DNA from: Lama glama
Lineage: Eukaryota
NCBI GenBank assembly: GCA_028534125.1
Contig: CM052818.1
Coordinates: 19,284,001 to 19,348,000, forward strand
DNA: 64,000 bases
Reading direction: 5' to 3'
The first letter of the stretch is position 1; each line of letters begins with the position of its first letter. A program made the translations under genes and the position numbers. The notes below the pieces were generated by a model, which ran no database searches, had not been told where the DNA came from, and saw nothing but the letters and a program-made list of their open reading frames with translations. Positions 51,181 to 63,909 of the stretch are shown here, in pieces.

Positions 51181-54100
51181 ACAGGGACGGGTCAATCCTC
51201 GTGTTTCACAAGTGAGGAAATCCAGGTCTAGAGAAGGGGAATGTCCTGCTCAGGGTGGAAATGGTCAGTCAGGTAGAGCCAGAAATAACACTGAAATTTC
51301 TCAACCCCTCCAGGTCAGTGAAAGTTTTTTTTGGACAGCACAAAGACTAATATGACATTTAGACCTGGGCTACAACAAGACCCAAAACAAAACAATAAAA
51401 GCAAACACCACGGCAGACAACTGTTAGGAGCATCAGATGCACCTGGGCTGAATTAGTTATTTAAACTGATGCCCAAACTCAGCGCTGAACACTCTGGCAG
51501 CTATGGCTGCAGGGCAAACAGGTTGAGTGATTCCATTTAATGGGGCACTGAAATGATCATTTGATAAAAAAAGCTTTTTCCTTTAACAAACAAAATTTAA
51601 AACCCTCCGAACCTTCACTCTTCTATTAGGACAGTTCCAGGAGAAAAGGGGAAAATAAGGAGGGAGAGAATGGCAGGAGGAGAGCTCCACCCTCTCGCAA
51701 TCAGAACGATGTCTTCCATGTAACTGACCTCATGTGGGCCCTCTAGTGTCTCGACCCTCCCAATAGGCCGTGAATAACTATGTGCTTGAAGGGACCCCAG
51801 GATAGATGTCTGTAGATCTTTCTCTGATGCTGCCTAGTGTTCTTCATGAGAATGGGCTGTGAGGCCTGAAAAGAACGGTGTGACCCCGTGACCAGTTATA
51901 GGACCCCCTGGCCTTTGGAGGCCTTCCCTGGAAAAGAGGACTAATCAAGCTGCAAGCTGCTGGGGGCTGAGAGGGCGTGGGCTGCAGGGCTCCCCGAGGC
52001 CCAGTGCAGCTCAGCACCTGTGGCTCTCGGCCCTGCTAGTCTGGGCAGGGGCAGTTTGGGGCTTTGTGTGTGAATGTGTGTGCTGCGTGCGTGAAGAGTA
52101 CCCTGCCACACACGTGGGCACTCGGACCCCATGCTGCTCCCCAGCTGCGTGGCTGTGGGACCACATATGCTTGCTGCAGCCACTCAGGCAGAGCTGGCCT
52201 TCTGGAGAAAGAAGTTTGTCTTTCCAGGCCTGCTGTGCCGGCCTATACACAATGGCCTTTGTCATTTGTTCTTCCTGTGTGGGGACAAAAGCCCTTTCAG
52301 TTGCTGTGGAATGTACAGAAAGTTCTGTGCTGAAGGGCTGCCGGCCCTGGCCAGGAATCCTGCCAACGGGGATCCTTTGGGGGAGCGGGCTGCTTCCACC
52401 TGAAGGTCCCAGAGCCCTGCCCAGCTGCTGGGGCAGCCTGCCGAGATCTGTGTGTGTGTGCGTGGGGGGTCCCCCACTCCAGCTCCCCACACCAGTGCCA
52501 ACCTGCATTGACCCATCCTCAGCATGGCTGAGATGCTGCAGGCCTGTTGAGGTGGGCTTGGCACCCGGCGTGGGGCTTTGCTGCCTCACTCGACCCTCCC
52601 AACTCAAGGCTGCAGTGGAGTTACCCCCACTTTGCAGCTGGGGTGACAGGTCTTCAGAAAGGGGACCAGGGGAGGGCAGTGCTGAGACAGCGGCCGGAGC
52701 CGAGCCGGCAACACTGAAAGGGGGAAGGAAGGAACTTACAGCTCAAGGGCAGGGCCACAAGGCCTCAACCCACAGTGCGGACACTTTCATCTCCAATTTA
52801 AGCAAAACAAAATAAAAATACAACCAAGCCTGAGGTGGGGGTGAGGGAGGGGAGTGGGGGAGGGAAGAACCTGCCTCCACAAAACCTAACAGTGGCACAA
52901 GTGGCCTTTCTCACTGCTATTTACATACCGGGGTGTGTCCACCGTCGCAGAGCCAGGGACTCACCACACAGAGACCTGTTGCCAAAAGACCGTGGGGCTG
53001 TGCTATTTTCAGAGGCCATTTTCCACGTTGCTATTGTCTGCATTTTTCTAACCAGGATGGGGCAACTCCTAGGGTGCTGAAGCCAGCCACTGTTGAACTT
53101 TGCTCCAGTTTTAAATGTAAATGAGCAAGTGCCAGTAGGAAGTGCCCAGAAACGAGTCTGAGCCATCAGCCCCCAGGGGAGCCCCAAGCCACTACTCCCG
53201 GGAGGGAGGGAGTGGGGAAGGGAGGGAGCTAAGGGCTGGGGAACAGTGTTGCATGTTCACAAGCAAATCGAACTGGGTCCGTCGGAGCCCTAGTCTCTGG
53301 GGTGGATTGCACAATCTTGCAATCTTCCGGGCAAAAGAGGAAGGAAGGAGAGAGGGGAGCAGAGGGGTGTGGGGATCAGCCCAGCTTTTATATGCAATCT
53401 TGTTTAAACAAGTATCTTATCCGAGGGTAATCCTAAACGTTGGACTTTCTTATTACCTCAGCCCTCTGGGGAAAGAATATGTGACTTCAGGGTTCCAGGA
53501 GGGGTATTAAATTGCCTCTTAGAGATGAGAGCCCCAAACAAGCAGATAAAGTTAATGGAAATGGGGGGGACACCCCTGTGTCCCGTGGGGATGTTCTTTG
53601 CTCCCCATTATCCGGGTCCATATCTTCTCCTGCACAAGACGTGCCCCAAGACTGAGAAGAAAGCTGACATCTAGTTTCAGAGCAGCCTTTGAGGGTGCAG
53701 CTCTGTGCGGTCGGTTGGTGCTGAGGAGGCAGTGGGAGATGGAAAAATGAGCCTGGCTGGCCATGCAAGGATTGTCCAGTCCTGTGGTGGCTGAGCAGGT
53801 GCAGGGCATTAATTTTTAAATCTCTATTAAATCACTATTATGTGCCTAAAACTGTTAGATGTTCTGGAAAAACCCCAAGTAGTTGACGTATAATTCAATG
53901 TGTATTTGCTGTCTACCAAGTTCACGGGTACTGTCTTAGGAAAGGAACAACCGCAGCAGGAGAGGCGGGTGCTTGAGTGGGGTGAGTGGGATGTGGTCAG
54001 GCTCTGCATTCAATCTGCCTGGCTTTGAAGCCACACGTGGCTGTGTGACTAGTACGGCTTTCTCTTTGCCTCTATTTTTCACCTATAAACCGGGAATAAT

Positions 54101-54926
54101 TTGCCGGGGTTGTTGTGAGGATTAAACATAAAATGCTTAGCACAGTGCCTGGAACAAAGTAAATGCTCAATGGACATTAACCATCACTTATAATTACCCA
54201 AGACTCTGATCTGACCCTTGCCCTTCATGTATTTACAGCCTAAAGTGAAAAATAAGGCATGTCCTAAAATAGAACTACCGACCTGGTTATTGCTGATAAA
54301 TATGCTGTAGGTATCAGAGGAGGACAAAGACCTTTCAAGCAGGAATCTTTAAAGAAGGCTTCCTGGAAGAGATGGAGAACAGGGCCGTCAGAATTGGGTG
54401 GGAACTGAGCAGGTGAGGACAATCCAGCTGGAGTATACATTATGCACAAGGATGCAGAGGCAGGAAAATGCCAGGCATGTTTCTGGAGCACCAGGTTGCT
54501 TTGGCTTGGCTTGAGCTAAGGTCCCATAGGGCAGTTGTGAGAAATAAAATTGGAGATTAGGTAAATCAGTGCCAGGTGGCAGACTGCGGAGTTTGAACTT
54601 TATTGTGTTTGCAATAGGAAGCCCTGGGGAGGGCTTTGAGAAGAGAGTGGGTTCTGCTTCTCCTGTCTTCCCTGAGGACGATCTGGACTCACATGCTTAG
54701 ATGATGCTCAACACACCATCACCAGACTTGCAGAGACTCTCATCTGCTTCTGTTTCTCGCCTACCACTATGCTGGAGGGCAGGACCCCTCCACGGTGTGA
54801 AAAGATCATTTCTTCTCTTCTCCCACCCTTGGAGCATTCAGGACCAGCTGGGAAATGACTGGAGAATGGGGATGTGGTTAGGGAGGCTGCTGCAGGTCAC
54901 TAAATGGAGCTAAAGTTGGTCTGGAA

Positions 54927-55235
54927 CTACGTTGTCCAGCATGGCAGCCACTGGCCACTTATGGCTACTGAGCACTTGGAATGTGACTACTCCAAACTGA
55001 GATGTGCTTTAAGGGTAAAATGCACACCAGATGTCAAAAGACTTAGAACAAAAAAGGAATATGAAATAGCTCTTTAATGATATTTTTAATATTGTTCCAT
55101 GTCGATGAAATATTTTGGATATGTTGGGTTAATAAAATGTTATTCAAGTTCATCTCACTTGTTCCTTTTTACTTTTCGTGACTACTAGAAAATTTAAAAT
55201 TACGCATGTAGTTCACATTCTATTTCTGTTAGTCT
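54927..55235 (+). mobile_element. hAT-Charlie MITE, MER33-like
   Basis: gttgtccagcatggcagccactggccac...gagcacttggaatgtg...aaaatttaaaattacgcatgtagttcacattctatttctg. Confidence 0.75.
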
Positions 55236-55551
55236 AGAAGAATAAAGACTGGGTGATTTACAACCTGGATAATTACTAGGGCTGTGAATATACACCCTAT
55301 TTTAGCCTGTGTGGGGTGCCAGGCTCAGATTTGAACCAAATCAGCTTTATGCTCAGGATAAGAAGCTCAGAGAGGAAAGTGTGCACCTATTTTTGTGTAT
55401 CAATGCTCCAAATTTCTCCAAAAGTTGGTTCCAAAATTCTGACTTTCAGTTGAGGCTGGAAGATGACAGGACATAGCGTTGTGGGGGCCACTTTGGGAAA
55501 GTCCTCACCCATGAGAGGAGAAGCTTCTAGGATGTAGGGGGTGCTGGTTAT

Positions 55552-56296
55552 TGTTTTTGGGCCTTCCGACCGCAGCTCCTTATGTGACTCTGCCTGTGAA
55601 CACTACCACCATCTGGGACAGGAACTGGTGCAAAGGCTGGATCAACAGGCCTGTGAAAAACACACTATATGCGAAGGAAATTGGTCAAGCCGTTTAAAAG
55701 GTTCATCTTAAGGTTTTGCTGAAGCGGGAAGCCCCATAAAAAGACCGGCAGGACCCCTACGCGGGGCCACTGCTCTCCTCTCACTAGCGTCTGGGTCCCT
55801 GGCCCAGACGCTTTATCTCACGTTTTGCCTCTAAAGGGGCTAACTTACACCTAGAATTCTATTGGTTCCCTGAGCTCACTCCTGATTGGTTATTATTCTC
55901 ACTTCTGATTGGTTATTACTCTCACTCCTGATTGGTTATTACTCTCACTTCTGATTGGTCCATCTTCCTAACTTCTGATTGGTCCATTTGTAGTACTTTA
56001 TTTGCATGGAGCTCACTTCTGATTGGTCTATTTCTACAAAGCTTGTTTCTGGTTGGTCAACTTCTATTGTACTTTATTTGCATATGATGTTGCAAAGTGT
56101 AAAACTGGCAGCCTATAAAAGGCCTGTGTAACCCTACAGACGGGGTCCAGAGTTTGAAGTGTTAACTGTTTCGGGTCGTTGGTGTGATAAACCTGAGTTC
56201 CTCATCTTTCCAAGTGCTGCTTGGTGTCTCGTAGGGATCCAGGTTGGTGTCACAACTGAGCTGTAACACCTAGCTGTAACACATTTGTCTGCAACA
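55552..56296 (+). mobile_element. ERV1-class solo LTR with a tandem CCAAT array
   Basis: TG...CA ends with near-TSD TTAT/TTGT; TATAAAA at 56114; GATAAA variant poly(A) signal; GCTGTAACAC repeats near the 3' end. The 5' boundary could instead be ~55652. Confidence 0.75.
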
Positions 56297-56726
56297 TTGT
56301 AATTATGGATTATTATTTTTTTAATTGCCTCCTGTGCATTTCAGGATTTTCCTAATTTTCTACAGAAATTTTTCTTTTTAAAAGCAGGAAGGGAGAAGTC
56401 GTAGGTTCTCAGCTGCTACTAGGTGGAAGTATTCAGGGAGGGAACTCAGACAAGATGCTGCAAGTTCCCAGGGTTAATGTGAAGGAAATCACAATGGAGA
56501 CGGGTTTCTTGTGAAAGTCAGAGACGCATGTCAGCCTCCCACATAGACAGGCCTGACTGCTGAGTATGGATGTGGTATGAAAGTTCAGGTGTTAAGGAGA
56601 CATACTGAAGTAGGTTCAGAGTCTCACCAAACACATTCCCATCTGTGTGTCCTTACAGATCATGTTCCGTCTCTGAGCCTCAGCTTTCTCTCGCTGGGCT
56701 GTTAATGCCTTTAAGGCTAATAAATA

Positions 56727-56915
56727 CAGGCGTACCTTGGAGATACTTCGGGTTTGGTTCCAGACCATGGCAATGAAGTGATTACTGCCACAAAGTGAGT
56801 CACCTAAATTTTTTTTTTTTTTGGTTTCCCAGTGGATATAAAAGTTATGTTTACACTATATATTCTAGTCTGTTAAGTGTGCAATAGTGTTGTCTTTTAA
56901 AAAAGTGTATTTTAA
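56727..56915 (+). mobile_element. Tigger1 (TcMar) end fragment
   Basis: TA|CAGGCGTACCTTGGAGATA...GGTTCCAGACCA...TGGTTTCCCAGTG..TATAAAAGTTATGTTTACACTATA matches the Tigger1 terminus. Confidence 0.8.
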
Positions 56916-57695
56916 AAATAAATTAAAACTATGATGAGATATTGCCTCACACCAGTCAGAATGACCATCAACAAAAAGTATAGAAATAATGCTGGAGAGA
57001 ATGTGGGGAAAAGGGAACCCTCCTACACTGTTGGTGGGAATGTGAACTGGTGCAGCCACTATGGAGGCCAGCATGGAGGTTTCTTAAAAAATAGAGTTAT
57101 CATATGATCCAGCAATTCTACTCTCGGAAAAGACATAAAACTCTGATTTGAAAAGATACATACATCTCAATGTTCATAGCAGCACTATTTACAATAGCTA
57201 AGACGTGGAAGCAATTTAAATGTCCATGATGATTGGATAAAGAAGATATATATAATATGCTGCATCATCTTTATCCGTTCATCCATTAATGTGCACTTAG
57301 GATGCTTCCATATCTTGGCAATTGTAAATAATGTTGCTGTTAATAGCGGAGTGTATGTATCTTTTTGAATTCTTATTTTATGGTTGGTTTTATTCCTTTG
57401 ATAACTATGTAAGTTTAAAAAGCTAAAGCTGTAAACGTTATTAGAAATAATGAACAGTCCATATGTATAAATTTAAAAAATATATGCAGTATATTGTTTA
57501 TATGCAATATATTGTATATGTGCAGTCAAATTGTAACAGTTCTACCTAATAAAACTGAAAATAAAGAAGATAAACACGTGCATGTGCACGCGTGCGCGCA
57601 CACACAAGGCATACTACTCAGCCATAAAAAATGAAATAATGCCATTTGCAGTGATATGGGTAGACCTAGAGATTATGTTACTAAGTGAAGCAAGC
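56916..57695 (+). mobile_element. LINE-1 ORF2-end fragment interrupted by an antisense L1 piece and AT-rich DNA
   Basis: cacaccagtcagaatg...gggaaccctcctacactgttggtgggaatg...ggataaagaa, resuming at tactactcagccataaaa...gacctagagattat (~57610). Confidence 0.8.
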
Positions 57696-59465
57696 TCCCC
57701 AACTAGCACTGCTGCGTCTCCCACGTGGGCCCTGCCTCCATTCTTAAACCTGCCTTTCTAATTTCCAACCTTTGTGCCTTGTTCCTGTGGTTCCTTCTGC
57801 CTGGAATGTTCCTACATGCCCATCTGAGCCTTGCCTTTTCTTCAAAACTCAAGCAGCAACTTTCCTGTGAATTTGTCCTCAACCTCCCTAGTCACATAAG
57901 CTCTATGACCTTTCTCTGAAACAAGACCAGCTATTTCTCACTTATGATGCCTGGTAGGATGGCTGATACATGATATCTAGAGCATAAGCTCCTTGAGGGC
58001 AGGCTATACACATACATATATATCTCCTCTGTAGTGTTAATGTTCTCATATATCATCGTTGAATAACTACCCACCCTTACTGTCCAAAGTTCCTTGCTGT
58101 TCATTGAGAGCTGTTCCTATGCTATCAGAAACCCAACTGGTTGAGGCTTGAAAAATTACCTTTGATGCAATGGGATTTGATCTGCATGGCCCAGAGATGG
58201 GGATTTTATACATTTCCAGCTCTTTAGATAAACAGCTGCCAATGTTTCATGTAAAGAGTCTGTGATGACATAGATGAGTCAATAAATAATGTAACACTAT
58301 TTGTCAAACTGCATGCACAGCAGCAGGGCAGCAGGGCACCCAAGCTGACCTTATTCTTCATTCCCCAATTGTTCAGAAGAACAATAGATTTACCCATCTA
58401 GAGGAGGCTAGGGGAGTGGTACAGTTCAGATCTTATGACCCTGTGACATTCGATATTCACTTTGATTGTATTACACTGTTTGAGCTGAAAAATCTGTGTG
58501 TGTGGAGTGGGGTGGAGGGGATAGTTTGCACAGTAGGGGAGAAAACTTTTTTTTTAAAGCGTGGGCCATGGTATCAGATGTGAATGTGAACCTCAGTTCT
58601 ATTTTGTCCTAGCTATGAAACTTTAGGCAATCTCTTTACCTTGCTCAGCCTCAGCTTAGCTTCTCATCTGTAAAATGGGGATATTGTACCTACCTTGTTA
58701 TCTTTGTAGTGAAGATTAATAATGCAAATTGACTGTAGTATATTAGTAAGCTTACAAGAAATGAATTTTCTCTGCTTCACTTTCCTTCCCTTCTCAGGCA
58801 ACAATGATACCATTATTGGTGCTAGTAATAATAGCACCAAAAATAGTATTATAAAACCTTGTATTTTCAAAATTTTTTCTTACTCGTTTGAGTTCCAACA
58901 GTCCCTTTAAAGTAGCTGAAGTAGGGATTTTTAATTCCACTTGTCACATAAGGAGACAAATCCAAGGTCCAAGTTGCAATGAAGTAATAGAAATAATACA
59001 GTTTCACAGAGATCCTATCTGCAAACCTAGAAATGTGTTGCTTTCCTGCACCCTAGTCTCCCTTCCCTACAACTTTTTCTTTTCTTTCACTCTCTCTGTT
59101 TTCTTTCTTTCTTTTACAGGTGGGTAGGAAGGAACATTTTGTTCCTATACGTTCTCTCCTTAGGTGATCTCTTCCGCACACTAGTCTATAATTACCATCT
59201 ATATGTAGATGACTCATACAAGGATCTTTAGAGCTCTCTTCTGAGTTTCAAACTGGTACATCCGGCTAGCTGCCTATTCAACATCGATTCTTGGAGTTCT
59301 TAAATGCACCCCAAGTTTAACAAATGCAATCTAATCCAGTAGTTCTCGCTGCTTAAAACCCTTCCGTTCTTCCTATTGTTCTAAGGAAAAGGGTGAAATT
59401 AACATAGTTTACCGTGTTTTGTTGTGGGTCATCTAGCCCCAGCTACCTCTCCAGCATCACCTCCT

Positions 59466-60018
59466 GTGGGGACCCATCTTGAACCCCAGAGTTGGTATGA
59501 AGATTATTTCAAGCTGAGGACATTGAGGATTCAACAAGTGCAGTAAGAAGCCTTCTTCCCTTATTTAATAAAAACAGAGATTTCTGGGAAATGAAACTGC
59601 CACAAATTCCCTCTTGAGGGTAACTTTTACTCCTGAGGAGACCAAGAGTAAACCTACCATAATCCCCTCCCTGGGAAAGTTTTACGACCATGAAGAAGTC
59701 AAAAAGACCGCTTGTATCTGCATAAATAAGCATTATCACAAACTTTTCTTACGCCCCATTTGTATTTCTGGAAAGCTATTTGTCTTTTCTAGAGAAACCC
59801 CTTTGTTCTCCCCAGAGTGGCCTTTTCTCCCCTTTTCCTTACTAAGTTAGGTCTATAAGCCTGTAACTTTAACCATTTACTGAGCTACTACTTTTGGAAT
59901 CTCCACTATGCCTATGGCTAATTTCTTTTCTCCTGTTAATCTATCTTTTGTTAGTTTAATTCACAGGCCCACTCATGACTGAACCTAAGAGGGTAGAGGA
60001 AAAGTTTTTGTTCCCTGA
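59466..60018 (+). mobile_element. ERV1-class solo LTR, MER34/MER39-like
   Basis: ggtatgaagattatttcaagctgagg...tctataagcc...ttttctcctgttaatctatc...gaacctaagagggtagaggaaaagtttttg, homologous to the LTR at 1445-1950. Confidence 0.7.
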
Positions 60019-61844
60019 TGCCCTCTTTTTCTCTGTGCTCTACCACGCTGGCTTCCTTTTAGTCTCATAATTCCTCCTTCTACAGACCCGCCCATGCTCT
60101 TTCCTTTTCCAAGAATTCTCTTCCCTTCCCTTGGCACCTGTTAACTACCACTCATTCTAAGAACTCAGTTCAAACAGTTCCTCCCAAAGGAAGCCTTCTC
60201 TGGCCTCCCAGTTTTAGGCTCTCAGGGCATCCTGTGCTTTTCTTTTGTAGCACACATAACAGTACAATTAAACTTTGTATGATTATTTGATTAATGTTTT
60301 CTCCACCAGTGAAAGCTTCTTGGTGGTAGGGGTTCTGTCTATTTTTTGTTCACTGTTGTATTCTAAGTTCCTAGCACAAAGTAAGCACGCAAGAAAAACA
60401 AAGTACTGAATGAATGCATGAATAAAGGATAGAGGAGAAACTCTGCACCACTCCCTCCAGGATACCCCTTTGAAACCCCAGACAGGTGGATCCCCTACAT
60501 CACAGCTCTTTGAAGACTGGTCATGTAACTGGGGCAAAGCAATTTCAGAAGAGCCAGTGTTAATGTGGGGAAAAGGTGTTAACTCATTACAGTGGCAACT
60601 GTCCTGGTCATGGATTACATGACAGTTTATTTGAGAAAGACTGACCCAGAAAACCATCCCACAACATGCAACATGCATGAGAGAACCAGATCAAATCTAA
60701 AAATAGCTCCATCACTGGAAATAGAAACACTTTAGTGAGGAATCTGCCTCTCTCCTTGCAACCTCTACCCTTATAGAGATTTTACCCTTATGATTGAACT
60801 ACAGAATCCCAGGGTGATAGTGCTGACCTGGTTAGATGCAATCTGGTCTACTGCTCTCATTTTAAAATGAGAAAATTAGGACCAGAGAGGCTTAGTGACT
60901 TCTCTCATATCACCCAGGTAGTCGCTTGCAGAATCAGGGCTCAGACAGAGACTTTCTGCTTCTCTTCCACAGTGATACTGGTTTGACACTTCCAAGGTTT
61001 TAGACAGCTCAGATGCTAAAGACCCTGCAAAATTTATGTTCTTTTGGGTCATCCAAAAGGGAGGTAGGAGAGCCAAGTTTACTTCCCACTTCTTTGGTTC
61101 ACTGTCAAAATGAACAGGAACTTGGGTTGCGGGAATCCCAGAAAACCACTCAAGATCCAGGTGAAGGATACCTGGAATGGAGACTGGCCTATGGCAGCAT
61201 GGAAGTCAGGAGCTTGGATTCTGAGGTCTGGTCTTTGTTCTGCCACCTTATAGCTTGGACTATCACTTGGGCAATACATGTGTTTCTCTAAACATTTGTT
61301 AAATAGGTTGATAATACTGGCCTTAGCCATCGTGAGACTCAAATAAGATAATGTACTAAAGACCTTTAGCATAAAGCCTGGCATTCTGGCGGTCAATACA
61401 TGGAGATATTGTTCATTTCCTTTCCAATTCAAGTTCATAAACATTTGTGGACAGTCTGCTTTAAAGGCAAACCGTCAGGGGGCAGGTAATTATTTGGGGG
61501 GAGAAAACTCAGCCCTCCTTCCAAATGACACTTCTTTCCATATGTTAATATATTTAATCAGGTTGCGGTCAAGTCCTGCCAGCCAGCTGAGCCTCTTTTG
61601 GTGACTTTGCATATCTGTTCTCTGATCCATTAGTCACAGGATTTTCAGGTCAACATCTGGAGCAATCTTGGTGTCCTTACTCCCAAATTCTCAGGTAGCT
61701 TTTCCCTGTACCACACAATCACTGACAAAGCGCACTCATGAACGCTGGAGGCCCTGCCTAAGAGAAGATGGAAGGGATCCTCTTTCAAGCCTTTGTAATT
61801 ATGCTATAAAATTTTTTTGAATTAGATTGGGAATATTTTGAGTT

Positions 61845-62688
61845 CCTGAAATCCCTTATCTGCCTAAAAGCGGAGACTCCCAAAATAACTCAAAAGAACT
61901 CAACTGTCATAAACCTCCTTTCCAGGAGCAACTGGAATCTTTTGAGAGAAGTCAGCACCACACCCAAAGAGACATTATCACCAAACAATCACATCTCCCA
62001 TCCACTTGCTTAAGGGCCCATTTTTCTTTCCTATGCAGTGTCTTTCTCCCTCTTCCATTCACTTCTTAAGGTGTGATGAAATAAAATTCATATTTTATGG
62101 CAAGATGAGAAAAATTTAAACATAATTTTTTTCTTTGCCTATTTGGGCCTCCTGCCTCCCCTTTAGTGTGTGTTGTGCATCTGCATTAACCAGATCTCCT
62201 TAGGAGATAACATTCCTTCTTATCTCATCAAGGGTCACAATTACGTAGGAGATAATCTTCTTAATCTTGTAAGGGGCCTAGATGACCTGTGACCCACTGC
62301 TCTTGTATGTGTAGATCTGGATTGTGTACACTGTTAATAATACCTCATTTAACGTACAGCTCTGCTGTCTCAAAAAAACATGTAACTATGCTTTGATCTC
62401 TAATGGGTGGAACAGTTCTCCAGGCTTTCTGAGGGGCTGTTTCTGGATTATAATCCTCAGTTTGGCTAGAAGAAAATTTTCCATTTCTTTCTTAGATCGA
62501 CTGATTAATTTGGTAGATAAGCCCCCAATTTGGACTGCTTCTTTGAATCACACTTCTTTGTGAAATCCCATACAAATGTGTTTATAATTCATCTTTTCTC
62601 CTGCTAATCTGCTTTTTCTCAGTTTAATTTGCTGGCTTTCACATTTAGAACCTAAGAAGGAAGAGAGGGAGTTTTTCCTCCCTAACAA
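61845..62688 (+). mobile_element. MER34-like LTR with a second ERV LTR nested inside it (~62072-62510)
   Basis: Outer parts share the MER34-like 3' end (ttttctcctgctaatctg...gaacctaagaagg...gtttttcctccctaaca); the inner block starts TGTGATGAAATAAAATTC and is unrelated to the other two copies. Confidence 0.55.
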
Positions 62689-63457
62689 ACATGATCATGG
62701 GACCACCATACTATTCATAACTAAAAAACAAAACACAAAATTAATGTAAGAAAGTTTAAGTGCTTTCCCCTTCCCCTCCTACCACCAAATATTACATTTC
62801 TTCAAAAGAACTGTCTCTGGTGTCTCTGCTTTAGCAGTGCCTAAACACATCTGCATATTGTGTGATCCAGTATCGTTAGTCCTAATTTTACAGACCAGGA
62901 AGTAAAGGCTGGAGTTGAGGGCAGATTCAACAGGTAAGGAGTGGAGTCAGAACAAAGTGAAGCCTGTTGAAAGAGTCGAAGCCTTCTACTGCATGTCATT
63001 AGCCAATCCTTTAGACTATTCACTATTTTTCCTTGTGGTCAAGGGCACTGAGATAAACATCTTGGGGCATGAAGCTTTGGGTACATGTAGCTCTGAATCC
63101 TTCCATAGAATAGCCTCTAAGAGGTAGAATTTTGAACTCAGAGCCTACAAACACTTAAGCATCTGACTATGTTATTTATTAAATTATCTGGTAATAGTTT
63201 CTCATTTCTTAGGAACCAGAAAATCCAGCACTCAAAGTTGCTGCTTCTGCTTTCCAGAAAGGAAGTTTTGTTCAGGGAAAATAAAACAAAACTTGGAAAT
63301 AAAACAGATGTTTGTGTGACCTTTAATATCATATGAGAACATACCCTAACAGGCCCAGCTGAGGGTCAGCTGAGTCTCTGAAAGAATATAACTTTATGTG
63401 ATGAACAATTGATTATTATTGTTATTTCAGCAATTTAACAGTTTCGGGAGGTCTTAC

Positions 63458-63909
63458 TGTTACCAACCAGAATCCTTGGACTCTAATCAATAGAAATTGA
63501 TAAAAGGCCAGACGAAGCATTCAGGCAAGGCTTTACTGGGACTCGTACAGCAGCACGGGGGAGCAAGAACAAGAGACAGGTGCTCTTGTTCGCTTTCTGA
63601 GGAGAGTGGGCTGATTCTTTAAATAAGTTGAGTGTTGGGCTGGAGGGGTGCCTTAGGTGCTCTGCTCAGCCCCTTGGTGGTGCTGTGTGCAGGATCATAT
63701 GCAGTACCCTGCTTTTGCTCCCAGCACCTCTGAAGTAGCATTTGATCTGTGCCCTTTTTGCATCTTGTTGTTCATAACTGCCCCAACTGCAGCATGCATG
63801 TTGTTATTTTTAATCCCCTATAGTTTCTTTGTTTTCTGTTGCTCGAGATGTTTGTCCAGGTGTAAGTGCAAGTACACTGATAAAGGGTCCCAGGTCCCTG
63901 CCTGTCTCA
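63458..63909. mobile_element. ERV solo LTR
   Basis: TGTTACC...TGTCTCA termini, ~450 bp; AGTAAA variant poly(A) signal on the minus strand suggests minus orientation. Confidence 0.6.

Noticed and set aside
52011..52815. 249-aa and 198-aa overlapping ORFs
   Set aside because: Non-ATG starts, low-complexity Cys/Gly/Pro composition from GC-rich and (TG)n DNA, no recognisable domain or exon structure.
10063..56030. Tandem repeats (54-bp duplication, 23-bp CCAAT units) as CRISPR-like arrays
   Set aside because: Eukaryotic DNA, no unique spacers between repeats and no cas genes.
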